A DNA stretch of 61,520 nucleotides, the filler included. It is 6 parts of 6 records of this genome, joined end to end, with 100 filler letters (N's around TTAATTAATTAA, not from the genome) between each part and the next. Parts side by side here need not be neighbours in the genome. Positions count along the whole stretch, not along the records: positions 56,275 to 61,520 come from DRR723986_11155; 5 more parts are not named here. One strand, 5' to 3'. The notes under the pieces are model-generated. The model did no database searches. It was given only the letters and a program-made list of their open reading frames with translations, and had not been told where the DNA came from. Below are positions 61,387 through 61,520 of the stretch, in pieces (the stretch's first letter is position 1; every line of letters begins with the position of its first letter). Made by a program: the position numbers and the translations under genes.

Positions 61387-61520
61387 GGAGAGGTGTATTG
61401 GAGCCGCGAATCTGTTATTAGGTGTCGTTTGGGGTTTAGGCGAGCACGTTTAATTTTTTGGTCTTGTGCTTGGGGTTGAGGGTTATGTAGTTTGTGGATG
61501 GGGATTGGTTGTAGTCCCGA

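Overview
The window is not one replicon. It is six unrelated contigs joined by 100-bp N/TTAATTAATTAA/N spacers. (1) 1-19935, Burkholderiales-like (possibly Limnobacter): a NarL/HisKA_3 two-component trio, a divergent two-gene cassette (Ser-Arg repeat peptide plus HPr-kinase-like/PqqD fusion), rpoH behind a perfect CIRCE, GST, and the aa3 cytochrome oxidase cluster through bioC-like/comF/trmL. (2) 20036-28333, high-GC Rhodobacteraceae-like: partial parC and a translationally coupled alternative oxidase operon. (3) 28434-34300, Hyphomonadaceae-like housekeeping genes plus a frameshifted gene. (4) 34401-47261, lower-GC alphaproteobacterial metal-uptake locus: two Zur boxes, two CxxC/RAPP-type leader ORFs, zur, merC-like, two TonB receptors and an ABC/DUF3526 system. 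(5) 47362-56174, Rhodobacteraceae-like polyamine and amino-acid ABC transporters around an AKR-RidA fusion. (6) 56275-61520, a large T9SS-type double beta-propeller protein. The best candidate for a new system is the 3032-4597 cassette: a putative RiPP in which an RRE-fused kinase would phosphorylate a Tat-like, YxxP-leader peptide with 13 Ser-Arg units. Second is the Zur-box plus arrest-peptide double regulation in contig 4. Taxonomic and family assignments are from motif recognition only; no searches were run.
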